Below, piece by piece: positions 35,401 through 45,592 of a stretch of DNA of 64,000 nucleotides. Made by a program: the position numbers and the translations under genes. The notes under the pieces are model-generated. The model ran no database searches. It had not been told where the DNA came from and saw only the letters and a program-made list of their open reading frames with translations. Numbering within the stretch: position 1 is the first letter of the stretch; each line of letters begins with the position of its first letter. Source of the DNA: Scenedesmus sp. PABB004 (taxonomy: Eukaryota); the NCBI GenBank assembly GCA_014905635.1, contig JABVCE010000007.1, positions 744,001 through 808,000 of the forward strand, in the 5' to 3' direction.

Positions 35401-36991
35401 GCGACCAGCTCGTGGACCACCCCACGGTGCGGCCGCGCGCGGGCCCTCCCCTCCTCCGCCCCTGCTCGCCCCGCCCGGCGCAGCCCTACGCGCCGCGCAC
35501 ACGCGCCCACGCCTATGCCCCCGCCGCGCTCCCCCGCAGGGCATGGAGGTGCTGAAGCTCACGCTCAGCCAGCCCTGCCTGGACCTCGACACCATCGCCC
35601 TGCACCTGCAGGCGCGCGCAGCTGTGCACCCCCGCGCGCCGCCCCCGCCGCCGGCGCCGGCGCGCGGCCGGCGACTCTGCCGCTGACGCCGCCGCCGCCG
35701 CTCGTGCGCGCACACACGCGCGGGCACACGCGGCGCGCACGCAGGACATGAAGCACGTGCTCGGCAAGAAGGCGGTGCTGCCGGTCGTGGCGGACGTGAT
35801 GGAGCGCGTCGGCACCAACCCGCCGCCGCCGCTGCCAAAGTACCCCGCCGGCAGCGTCATCCAGCCGGAGCTGCGGTGCGGCGGCACGGCGGCGGCGGCG
35901 GCGGCGCGAAGGCGGTGGCGCAGGGGCCGCCCCGCCCACGCACCGCGCCGCCGACGCCTGCCCTGCGCCTCGCGCCGCGCCGCACGCTGCAACCCCGCAG
36001 GTACCTGCTCGAGCGCGGCGTGCCGATGCCGCTGCCGCCGCCGCCGCCGCCGCGGGCGGGCGAGCCCGGGTACGAAGCCTATGCCGCGGCGGCGGCCGAC
36101 CGCGCGCGGGACCAGGCCGCGGCGGCGGCCGCGGCGGCCACGGCGCGCGAGGCGGAGACGCGCGCGCGGCGCGAGGCCGCGGCGGCGGCGGACGCGGCCG
36201 CCGCGGCCGACCGCGAGGCCGCGGGCGGGACGCTGGACGCGTGGAGCAGCATGCGCGCGGCTGGCATCGGCGGCGGCGACGCGTGGGCGCCCGGCGGCAG
36301 CGGCGCCGTCGCGGCGGAGCCCGCCGGCGACGCCTGGGCCACGCCGAGCTCCGCCAACGGCGGCAGCGGCGCCTGGGGCGCCGCCAACGGCGGCGGCAGC
36401 GGCGCCGCAGCGTGGGGCGACGCCAACGGCGCCGGCCAGCAGGCGGCGGCGGCGCCGCCGGCGCCCTCGGTGCCGCTGGCCGTGCCGCTGGCGGTGCCGG
36501 TCGCGGTGCCGGTCGCGGTGCCGGTCGCGGTGCCGGTCGCGGTGCCGGTCGCGGTCGCAAACGGCGGCCCGCGGGTCGTCGCCGACTTCAACTCGGCGCC
36601 GCCGCCGCGGCTGACGCTGCAAATCAGCCCCCCGCCGGCCGCGCCGGCCAACCCCGCAGCCGCGGGGCCGGGCTGGCCGTCGCTCGGGCAGGCCGCCGCG
36701 GTGCCGCAGGCGCGGCCGCCGCCGCCGCCGGCTCAGCAGCAGTGGGCGCAGCTGCAGCAGCAGCAGCAGCAGCAGCCACAGCAGCAGCGGCAGCAGCAGC
36801 AGCAGCAGTGGGCGCCGCCGGGCGTCGCGGCGGCGGGCGCGGCGCAGCGGCGCCCGGCCGCGCCGCAGCCGCCGCCGCCGCACCAGCGCGCGTCGTGGTC
36901 GTGCAGCTTGTGCACGTACGAGCACGCGGGGCAGGAGGCGGAGTTTCTCTTCTGCGCGATGTGCAGCACGGAGCGACCGGCGGGCACGTGA
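32461..36991 (+). CDS. Multi-exon protein: C3HC4 RING, RanBP2-type Zn finger, Pumilio/ARM-like helical repeats, C-terminal NZF finger
   Basis: RING CAIC..PCKHRVCFGC..KCPFCR. Finger WNCGGCGVANYMWREFCSRC. Repeats YCLHEKGVYVVQCA, ARDPRGVFALLHLL, LVDHPTGMEVLKLTL. Terminal WSCSLCTYEH..FLFCAMCSTER*. Confidence 0.75.
36470..36557 (+). repeat. 12-bp coding minisatellite (GCGGTGCCGGTC)n encoding (AVPV)n
   Basis: Read directly; about 7 units, the first ones degenerate. Confidence 0.85.
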
Positions 36992-37190
36992 GCGGCGGCG
37001 GCGGTCACGGCGTCGTGGGGCGCTGACTGGCCGCGGGCCGGGGCCGGCTGGACGTTGCGGCGCCTGCGTGCAACTCTTTGACCGCGCGCCCGTCCCGTGC
37101 TCAGCGCGTTACAGCTACAGCCAGCGCGCCGCAGCTGCAGCTGCAGCTAGCTACAGCCAGCCGCCGCAGCCGGCACGAGCGCCGACGCGC

Positions 37191-39141
37191 TCACGCCGCC
37201 GGCGGGGTGGCGAAGAGCACGCTCGCGTTGGTGCCGCCGAAGCCGAAGCTGTTGCAGAGCACCGCCGCCGGCCCGGGTGGCAGCGCGGCGGGCGCGCCCG
37301 CGACGAGCCGCGGCAGCAGCGCGGGCGACGGCGACTCGAGGTTGGCCGTCGCGGGCGCGCGGCGCGCCGCGAGCGCGAGCACCGAGAACACCGCCTCGAC
37401 TGCGCCCGCCGCGCCGAGGAGGTGCCCGGTGGCGCCCTTGGTGGAGCTGACGGCGATGCCGCGCACGCGCTCGGGCCCAAACACGGACAGGATGGCCGCC
37501 TGCTCGATCTCGTCGCCCACGGGCGTCGACGTGGCGTGGGCGTTGATGTGCGCCACCGCCTCCAGCGGCACGCCCGAGCCCTGACGCGGCGCCGGCGGTG
37601 GCGCTCGGCGCAGGGCGCAGCGGCGGCGGGGACGGCGGCGGGGCCCCGCCGCGCGCACCTGCATGGCGCGCTGCATCGCGAGCGCCGCGCCCGCGCCGTC
37701 CGGGTGGGGCGCCGTGATGTGGTGCCCGTCACCCGACAGCCCGTAGCCGCGCACCTGCCGGCGGCGGCGGCGGCGGCGGCGCGTGAGCCACGCACCCCCT
37801 GCAGCTGCAGCTGCCAATCGGTGTCGGCCCGCGCGCCCCTCCCCACCGCGCCCCCGCGGCCGTGCCGCCGCCGCGGCCGCGCCTCGGCGTAGACGCGCGC
37901 GCCGCGCCGCGCCGCGGCGCCGAGCTCCTCCAGCAGCAGCACGCCCGCGCCCTCGCCCATGACAAAGCCGTCGCGCCGCGCGTCAAACGGGCGCGACGCG
38001 GCGCGCGGGTCGGCGTTGAACCCCGTGCTCAGGGCCTTGAGCCGGCAGAAGCCGGCGAGGGAGAGGGCGTCGATGCAGCCCTCGGTCGCGCCCGCGAGCA
38101 TCGCGTCCGCGTCGCCGCGCTGCACGAGGCGGAACGCGTCGCCGAGCGCGTGGCCGCCCGTCGCGCAGGCGGTCGACGCGGCGTGGTTGGGCCCGCGCAG
38201 ACGCGCCGCGATGCCGACCGCGCCGGCGGCCGAGTTGACGAGGATGCGGGGGACGAAGAACGGCGACAGCCGGCGCAGCCGCCCCGCCGCGACGAGCGCG
38301 CCCGCCTCGGCGATCTCGGCCGTGCAGGACATGCCCGCCCCGATCGCGACGCCCGTCGCGGCGCGCTCGGCAGGCGTCGTCGGCGCCCAGCCCGCGTCGC
38401 GCAGCGCCTGCGCGGCGGGCGCGGGCGCGGCGCGGGCGGCGTCGGCGGCGGCGGCGCTGCGCGGGGCTGCCTGCGCCCGCGCGCGCCGGGGGCGGGCGGC
38501 CGCGGCGCGGCGCGCCTCTGCGGCGGCGAGCTGGGCGTAGACCATGAACGGCGAGCTGCGCCGCAGGTCGATGCCGGCCGCCTCCACCGCGGCCGCGACC
38601 TGCTCGCGCGGCACGCCCGCGACCACCTGGCAGGGCAGCTGCGCCATGTGCGCGCGGTGGGCCTGCGCGCGTGGCGCGGCGGCGGCGCGTTGGGCCGCAG
38701 CGGCGGCGCGCGACACCTCGGGCGCTGGCCCGTGCTGGCGCAGCGGGGCGGGCTGCCGCCGCGGCCGCGGCCGCGCACCTCGGGCAGGTCGTCCGCCTGC
38801 AGCGCCCGCACGCCGGTCGCGCCCGCCAACAGCCGCTCCCAGCTCGCCGCCGCGCCGACCCCGAGCGGCGTGACCGCGCCGACGCCCGTGACCACCACGC
38901 GGCGCTGCGGCAGCGGCGGCGGCGGGCCGAAGGGGTCCCGATCCGAGGACCACGGGGAGGCGACGCTGCTGACCCCCCGGCGGCGGCCGCCGCAGGGCGG
39001 GGCCGCGCCGGGCTGCCGCGGTCGGCGCTGCTGCTGCTGCCGCGCTGCGGGCGCCTGCGCCAGCGGGGCTGCCGACACAGCTGCCGCATGGACGCGGTGG
39101 AGCTGCTGCAGCAGGCTCGCGGCCGCGCGGGCAGCCGCCAT
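37191..39141 (-). CDS. Mitochondrial beta-ketoacyl-ACP synthase (mtKAS/OXSM, FabF family)
   Basis: Presequence MAAARAAASLLQQLHR; RRVVVTGVGAVTPLG; LSPFFVPRILVN; catalytic Cys (STACATG); SRPFDARRDGFVMGEGAG; His motifs HINAHATSTPVGD and KGATGHLLGAAG; NSFGFGGTN. Confidence 0.93.
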
Positions 39142-39356
39142 GGCGGCGCGGCCGCGCAGCGGGCAGCGGCAGCGGCGGCGGCGCGCTCGCCGGGCGCGAA
39201 GGCTCCAGGCGGGCTGGGCGACTGCGCGGGCGGTCGCTCGTTCACCAGCAGCAGCTGCGGCGCTGCAGCCGCCCGCCGAACCGCGGCGGTGCACGCCCCA
39301 GGGCACAGGCGCCAACGCGGAGACCACAGAACAGTTACCGCCGCGTGCCGTTGCGC

Positions 39357-40391
39357 TCATTCGAGCTTGGCACGGCCACTGGCAGCGCTGCTCGGCGGCT
39401 GCGCGACGCCCTTCCCGCGCGCAGCGCCGCCGCCGCCGCCCGCCGGCCGCGGCTGCTGCCCCTGCTGCGGCCCCTGCGCCTGCTGCTGCGGCCCCTGCTG
39501 CCGCGCCCCCTGCTGCTGCCACTGCTGCTTGTCCAGCAGGTGCGCGTACTTGCGGTCGAGCGTCTCCGGCATGTTGCTGCGCAGCACGAGCAGCGCCGTC
39601 TCCAGGACGAGCGCGACAGCGATGCCCCCCGCGCCCAGCCCCGCCGCCTGCGCGCGCGCCGTCGCGCGGCGGGTGAGCACGCACGCGCGCGCCGCGCGCC
39701 CTGCGCGGCGCGGGCGGCGCGGCGCGCCCGTCTCGGCCGCGGCCCGCGCACCCAGGCGTCGCTGCCGCCGAGGATGCGGCCGGCGTAGTGCCCGAGAGCG
39801 AAGAAGGCCCCCATGGTCACGAGCACGTGCACCCCAAACGCGACCTGCAGCCGCGTCGTGGGCAGCAGCGGGTCGCCCGCCGCCGCCGCCGCGGCCGCCT
39901 GCTCCGGCGCCGCCACGTCGGCGACCATCGCGTCGTACGCGCGACGGTCGAGCGCGGCCTGCAGCGCGTCGAGCCGCGCCGACAGCGCGGCGCTGCGCGG
40001 GCGCCGCGCGGGCGGGCGCGGCAGCGCGAGGCGCGCGCCCGCGCACAGCTCGGGCGCCGGCGGCACGGGCGGCACGTCGGGGCCGCCGCCGCGCCTGCGC
40101 GGGCGCGCGCGCGAGCGCGCGGTGAGGGCGGCCGGCGCGGGGCCGCGCGGGGCCGCGACCGCGGCGCTGCTGCTGCCGCGCGCGGGCGCGCCGCTCGCAC
40201 CTCGCCTCCTCGACCGCGCGCTGCACAAGCTTCCACGGCAGCACCTCCGCGTCGGCGTGCTCGGCGCACAGGCGCCGCAGCTCCGGCGGCGACGCCTCCG
40301 TGCGCGCCACGCCCGCCAGCAGCGCCCGCAGCCCCGGCGTCGCGCTCAGGCCGAAGCGCCCCAGCGAGTCGCCGTCCGGGCCGCCCGCCAT
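39357..40391 (-). CDS. TMEM199/Vma12 V-ATPase assembly factor-like protein, 3 exons
   Basis: ELCAGARLALP..RSAALSARLDALQAALDRRAYDAMVADV, followed by two TM helices (QVAFGVHVLVTMGAFFALG and GIAVALVLETALLVLR). Confidence 0.8.
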   Translation of the reverse strand: MAGGPDGDSLGRFGLSATPGLRALLAGVARTEASPPELRRLCAEHADAEVLPWKLVQRAVEEARCERRARARQQQRRGRGPARPRAGRPHRALARAPAQARRRPRRAARAAGARAVRGRAPRAAAPARAAPAQRRAVGAARRAAGRARPSRVRRDGRRRGGAGAGGRGGGGGRPAAAHDAAAGRVWGARARDHGGLLRSRALRRPHPRRQRRLGARAAAETGAPRRPRRAGRAARACVLTRRATARAQAAGLGAGGIAVALVLETALLVLRSNMPETLDRKYAHLLDKQQWQQQGARQQGPQQQAQGPQQGQQPRPAGGGGGAARGKGVAQPPSSAASGRAKLE

Positions 40392-40682
40392 GGCGGGCGG
40401 CGGCGCGCGGATCGGCGGCTGCTGCTGCGAGAGGGCGCGCGCGCGGCGAGAGCAGCGGCAGCGGCGGCGGCGAGCAGCGAACGGCTTGCGGCGTTGCGCA
40501 CGCAGTCGGTGTGGGCTGGACGGAGAGCAGGAGCTGGTGCGCAAGAGGCTCAGCGGGTTCTCGCCTGCACCTCGCCTGCCCGCCGAGCTGCTGCTGCCGA
40601 CGCCTCCCGGCGTCCACGCGCCGCGCCGCCTCGCCACAGCCCGGCAGAGGTGACCTGTGCTTCACCCGTCCCGAACGGCACG

Positions 40683-41181
40683 ATGGTCGGCAAGGAGGTG
40701 CGCCCGGGGCGGCGCAGGGCCGAGGCCAGCGGCAGCTTGGGTCTGCCGGGCCGCCTTGGGGCCCCGCGACCGCCTCCCCGCCCGCAGGCTGGCAAGGCCA
40801 AGCCGCTGAAGGCGCCCAAGAAGGGCCCCAAGGAGGTGCGGCGCGGCGCGGCGCGGACGGCTGCGTCGGCCGCGCTCGAGCGCGGCGGCGGCCGGCGCGG
40901 CGCGGCCCATCGCAGCGCAGCCCGCCCTCAGGGGCGCTGGTCAGGGCCACGCTCGCCCCCGCATCACGCCGCCGCCGCTGCGCTCGCGCCGCAGTACGAC
41001 GACGACGACCTCGCCTTCCTGGCAAAGAAGAAGGAGGTGCGGCGCCGCGCCTTTGCCTCGCCAGCGCGGCGCTGCCGCCGCCGCCACCCGCGGCAGGCGG
41101 GGCGCGACGCGCGCCCGGCAGAGGGCCAGCCTCGTCGTGGCACCTCGCGCAGCGCGGCCGCGTGGCCCGACCGCCGCCGCC

Positions 41182-41224
<43 letters not shown>

Positions 41225-41315
41225 GGAGGAGAAGGCGCTGAAGGCGCTCAAGGAGAAGGCCAAGGGCGGCTCCATCGGCGGCGCGGGGCTGAAAAAGTCG
41301 GGCGGCAAGAAGTGA
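40683..41315 (+). CDS. TMA7: Translation machinery-associated protein 7 (64 aa, 4 exons)
   Basis: Exons 40683-40697, 40788-40835, 40995-41036 and 41226-41315 give MVGKEAGKAKPLKAPKKGPKEYDDDDLAFLAKKKEEEKALKALKEKAKGGSIGGAGLKKSGGKK. Confidence 0.95.
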
Positions 41316-41430
41316 GGCTCGCCGCGCGGCCCTGGACGGCGGCGGACAGCGCGCCGGCGGGCCGGGCAGCCCCTGCTGGCTGTGCAGGCTGCTGCGCAGC
41401 GCGGCGCCGCAGGCGCGCCAGCAGGCGGGC

Positions 41431-41694
41431 ATGGCGCCGGCGACGGGCCCGGTGGCCGGCTCGGCGTCGGCGGCCGCGCCGGGCGCGCAGCAGCAGCCGC
41501 AGGCACCCCAGCAGCCGCCCGGCGATTGCCTGGGCTGCCGGCTGACGGGCCTGGCGCTGGGCGTGGGCGGCGCCGGCTACGTGTCGTCGCGGCTGTGGGA
41601 GCACCCGCGGCCGACGGGCGCGCACCGAGCGACACTGGTCGCGGTGTCGCTCGGCCTGCTCGCGCTGGGCGTGAGCCGCGCGGCCGGCCTCTGA
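41431..41694 (+). CDS. DUF4536/DMAC1-like small membrane protein, single exon
   Basis: DCLGCRLTG motif followed by two short hydrophobic helices (LALGVGGAGYV and LVAVSLGLLALGVSR). Confidence 0.75.
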   Translation: MAPATGPVAGSASAAAPGAQQQPQAPQQPPGDCLGCRLTGLALGVGGAGYVSSRLWEHPRPTGAHRATLVAVSLGLLALGVSRAAGL

Positions 41695-43294
41695 CCCGGC
41701 TGCTTGAGGGTCCCGCGCCGATGCCGCGGCGGCGGCGGCGGCGCGCGTCCTGCGCAAGGGCGGCGCGCGCGAGCGACTTGGGGGGCGGCGATGGGGTAGG
41801 CAGCACCTCGACCTAGGCTGTGTGGCGTGCGTGTAGGCTGGTAATCTTTGCGCGCCGCGGATCCAGCCCGGAGCCTGGTCGTCGCTGTTACGAGCACAGC
41901 ACAGCACAGCGCAGCGCAGTGCCAGCCAGCGACATTGCGTGCGAGCCAGAATCGGGCGCGGCTCGCGGAATCCCCAGCTCACACAAACAACAGTCAGGTG
42001 TGGTGCGAGAAATGCGCGACTCGCCGCGCGCCGCGGCGCCAGAACAACAAAACCGTGCAGCGCGCGCGGCAGCAAGAACGTGCTGGCGCGCGCTCGCCTC
42101 CCCGGCGCGCTGTGTGTGCACATTGGTGGTCACTGAGCGCTGAGGGGTGGCGCGGTGCAGTGCTCGCCCGCTCCCGTTTATGTGGCGGCCGCACCGCCCT
42201 AGTGGCGTCGCGGCCAGCTCGCCCACCGCAGTGGGCCGAGACGCCCGCCCTCGAGCGCGTGGCCCGCGCGCAGGGGCGCGCCGGCCTGTTTCAGCACGGC
42301 GGCGCCCCTGGCCAGGCGCTGGCAGCTCGGCAAGACAGGAATGTAGCGCGCCTTCGGGGCGAAGGACGCACCGAGGCAGAGAGAGGGAGCATTGTGCGGT
42401 CACATGCTTGGCAGCGTGAGTGCGTGCCGCGGGTGCAGGCCAATCAGGCCGCGGCGCCGCCGTGGTGCCGTTCTTTTGGTGCAGCAGCAGGCGGCTGCTG
42501 CGGGTCATTGGCTGCGGGTCGTCGTCGGCCGGCGTGGCCGCGTGCACCCGCGCGGCGCGGCCTGGCAACGTGGGCGCCAGCGCACACGCGCGCCAGTGCG
42601 CGCGCCCAACTGTGCAGCAACTGTGCAGGCAGCAACTGTGCAGGGTGTGGGTGCCACTGCCCCTGTGGACCGGGTGCTGCGCGGTGCACCTCCTGCGCGC
42701 GTCACGTGCGTCACGCATTCTTCCTCCACGTGCGTGTGCTGTGCAGCAGACGCGCCCGGGCGCAGCAGAGTGCGCGGGGCGGCGCAGGCCCCAGCCCGCG
42801 CACCGGCAGCAACACGCCCTCGCCGCCGCGCGGCGGGGCAGCACCAGCATTCCCCGGCGTTGCGACCCCCCTCGCTCACACGCTGCGCGCACACGTGTGT
42901 GCACGGTGGCCCTGTACAGCAGCACTAGGCGCTAGCTAAGCCTGTTGGACGCCAGCGGCTGGCGCGTCGGAACCTGTCCCCACGAGCAACACCAGTGCTG
43001 CCCGGACTAGTCAACAGCAATCCTCCCCACACGCACGCGCGCAAGCCAAATGCCCTGTGCCCCCCCCCCTCTTTGACACACACCACGTGCGTGTGCTGGC
43101 TGGCGCTTCGTGGGGCCGGCCGGTGCGCACCCCCCAGCTCAGGGCTCTGCGCGCGCTGGGGCCGCGGCAGAGCCGAGCGCGCGGTGGCACAGTGCCGCCC
43201 AGCTCCCGCCGCCGCCGGCCACCGGCCGCCGGCTGCCGCTGCAGCCGCCGCCGTCGAGCACCGCTGGAGCTGCTGCTGCCGGCACCGGGGGCGC

Positions 43295-44873
43295 TCAGAG
43301 CGCGTCCACGCCGCGCAGCCGCCTGCCGGCGCTCGCCAGGACGGCGTTGCTGCCGCCGGGGCTGTACTTGTTGAACGGGCGCTTGTCAAAGGTGGCCTGC
43401 GCCGCCACGCGCCGCGGGCAGGCGCCCGTCAGCGCGGGCGCGGGGCGCAGCGCGGCGGCGCGCCCGCCGCCGCCGGCCGCGCCAAACAACCCTGCCGGGC
43501 CCGCGGCGCGCGCTGTGCGCACCTTCCAGCCGCTCGGGGCGGCGCGCTCGCCGGTGCTGCGCTTGCCGAAGGGGTTGCGCGCGACCTTGGCGGGGCGGAA
43601 GGTGCAGGGCACGTTGCGCCACTCGATCGCGATCACGCCGTACTTGGTGTCCGCGAGCTTCTCAAACGCCCACAGGCTCATGTCGCTGCGCCCGGGCGGG
43701 CGCGCGGCGCGGCGTGTGGGCGCGCGCAGCGCGCGGCGACGGCGGCGGCGCGCCGCCGGGGCTGCCCGTCGCTGCCGGCCGCGGCAGTGGCCGCTGCCGC
43801 CGGCGCGCGCGGGCGCCGCGCTCACAGGTGGTACATGTCGCCGCAGCACCAGCGCTTGTTGCTGTAGTAGTTGCCTGCGCGGCGCGCGACGGGCGTCAGG
43901 CGCGCGCCGCGCGCCGCCGCGCGCGCTGCGCCGCCGCGCGTTGCCGCGCGGGGGCCGGGGCTCGCCGCGCGCACCGGGGTAGTGGCAGGGGCAGGTGTCG
44001 GTGATCGTAACGATCACGCTGGCGGTGGGGTCGTAGCAGATCGTCTCGCGCTCGAGCTTCTGGCCGTAGCCGTCCTTGAACCACATCTCCTTACACCGCA
44101 CCTCCTTGCACGTGCTGCGCGCGACACGGCGCGGCGGCGCGGCCGCAGGCGTCGGCCGGCGGCGGGCGGGCGGGCCCGGCGGGCGGCGGCGCGCGGCGTG
44201 CGCGGCGGCACGCGGCGTGCGCGGCAGCGCGGCGGCGCGCGCGCGCACCCGCAGGAGCCGCTGTGGTCGCGGTTGGTGTCGGCGGACGCCGCGACGTCCC
44301 AGCCTGCGGCGCGGCGCAGCGCGGCGGGGCGGGCGGCGGTCGGCGCGTGCGCGCTGGCGGGCCGCGCGCGCCGGCCGCCGCGGCGCGGGCGCGGCAGCAG
44401 CACCGCCGCCGCCGTTGGGCGCGCGGCGCGGCCGCGGCCGCCGCCGCGCGCGCGGCTCACCCGTGCCGGCGTTCTCGTCCAGGTAGCCGTAGCCGCAGGA
44501 GCCGGTGTGGATGGACCTGTCGGTCACCGCGGCAGCAGAAGCGAGGGGCGCTGAGGGCTGGTGCCTCGCGCCGGCCGGGCCCCCCGCCGCGCGCGTTCGG
44601 CGCGGCTGGCGCCGGAGACGCTGGGGGAGGCCCGCGCGGGCGCGGCGGGCGCCCCCCCGACGCGCCAGTCGGGCGGCGCTCGCGGCGAGCCCGGCCGCTG
44701 GCGCGCAGGCGGCGCATCTGGGGCGGCCGCGGGCGCGAGGACGCGCACCAGCCATCCTTGCCGTAGAACGTGGCGCGGCCCAGCTTGAAGGGCTCCATTT
44801 TCTGCGCGCTCGCCCCTGCCGCGCACGCCAGCACCAGCGCCAGGGCGCTGCAGATCACGCCGCGGCGAGCCAT
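43295..44873 (-). CDS. Secreted expansin-like protein (DPBB domain only), 7 exons
   Basis: Signal peptide; GRATFYG..GSCGYG; GSCGTCKEVRC; SVIVTITDTCPC; WCCGDMYHLDMSLWAFEKLA..GVIAIEWRNVPC. No CBM63-like C-terminal domain is visible. Confidence 0.9.
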
Positions 44874-45592
44874 GCTTCCGAGTGCGCGTGCGGCTGCGAA
44901 GGTCTGGACGGGGCGGCAGCAGCGCGCGCTGCGGCACGGGGCGGAGCGGGTAGGATGGTGGGCGCAGGGGTGGGCGCCTGGCGGGCGTAGTAGGAGGAAG
45001 AGGGCGAGGGGCGGTGGTGGTGGTGCGGTGGCGGTGATGGGCGTGTCCAGGCGTCGCCGCGACGGTACTTTTCGGTACTCGGCCGTTCCGCCCCCGAAAA
45101 ACCCACGCAACGCCGTCGCGGCGGCCGCGCAGGGCCGTCGAAGGCGTCGAGACGGGATTGCAGGAACGCCGTCGAGCGCTCAGCGGGGCAGGCACCGCGC
45201 TGCGCGCGCCGCCCGCCGCCGGCGCCGGTGACGCCGCGAGAAGCAAACGTAGGCGCCCTGTGCGCCAGCGAGCGGGCCCACGCGCCTGGCGTGCGCGCCG
45301 CGTTGCTCGCTGACTCGCGCAGCGGCGGGGCGCGCGGACAGCCCGGTGCGCCGGCTCGCGGCGCCGCCGGCCGGCGTGTGTGCGGCGGCCCCCGCGCCTG
45401 GGGTCAGGACAGGAGCATGGCGGGATCTGGGGGGGAGCGGGCGGGCGGCGGCCGCGAGTGAGCGGGGAAGTCGAAGCCGAGGCGGCGGCGGCGCAACCGA
45501 AAACGACGGCGCCCGCCGAATGGCCCCGTCCGTGCGCCCCCCCGCGGGACCGCCCGCGACCGGCGCGCTCCCAGCCCGGACGCGCCGCAGCC

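Noticed and set aside
39141..39357. TMEM199-mtKAS as a second bicistronic pair (215-nt gap, same strand)
   Set aside because: The upstream ORF has several internal ATGs and a GGTAA poly(A)-like signal follows its stop. Weaker than TMA7-DUF4536, though not excluded.
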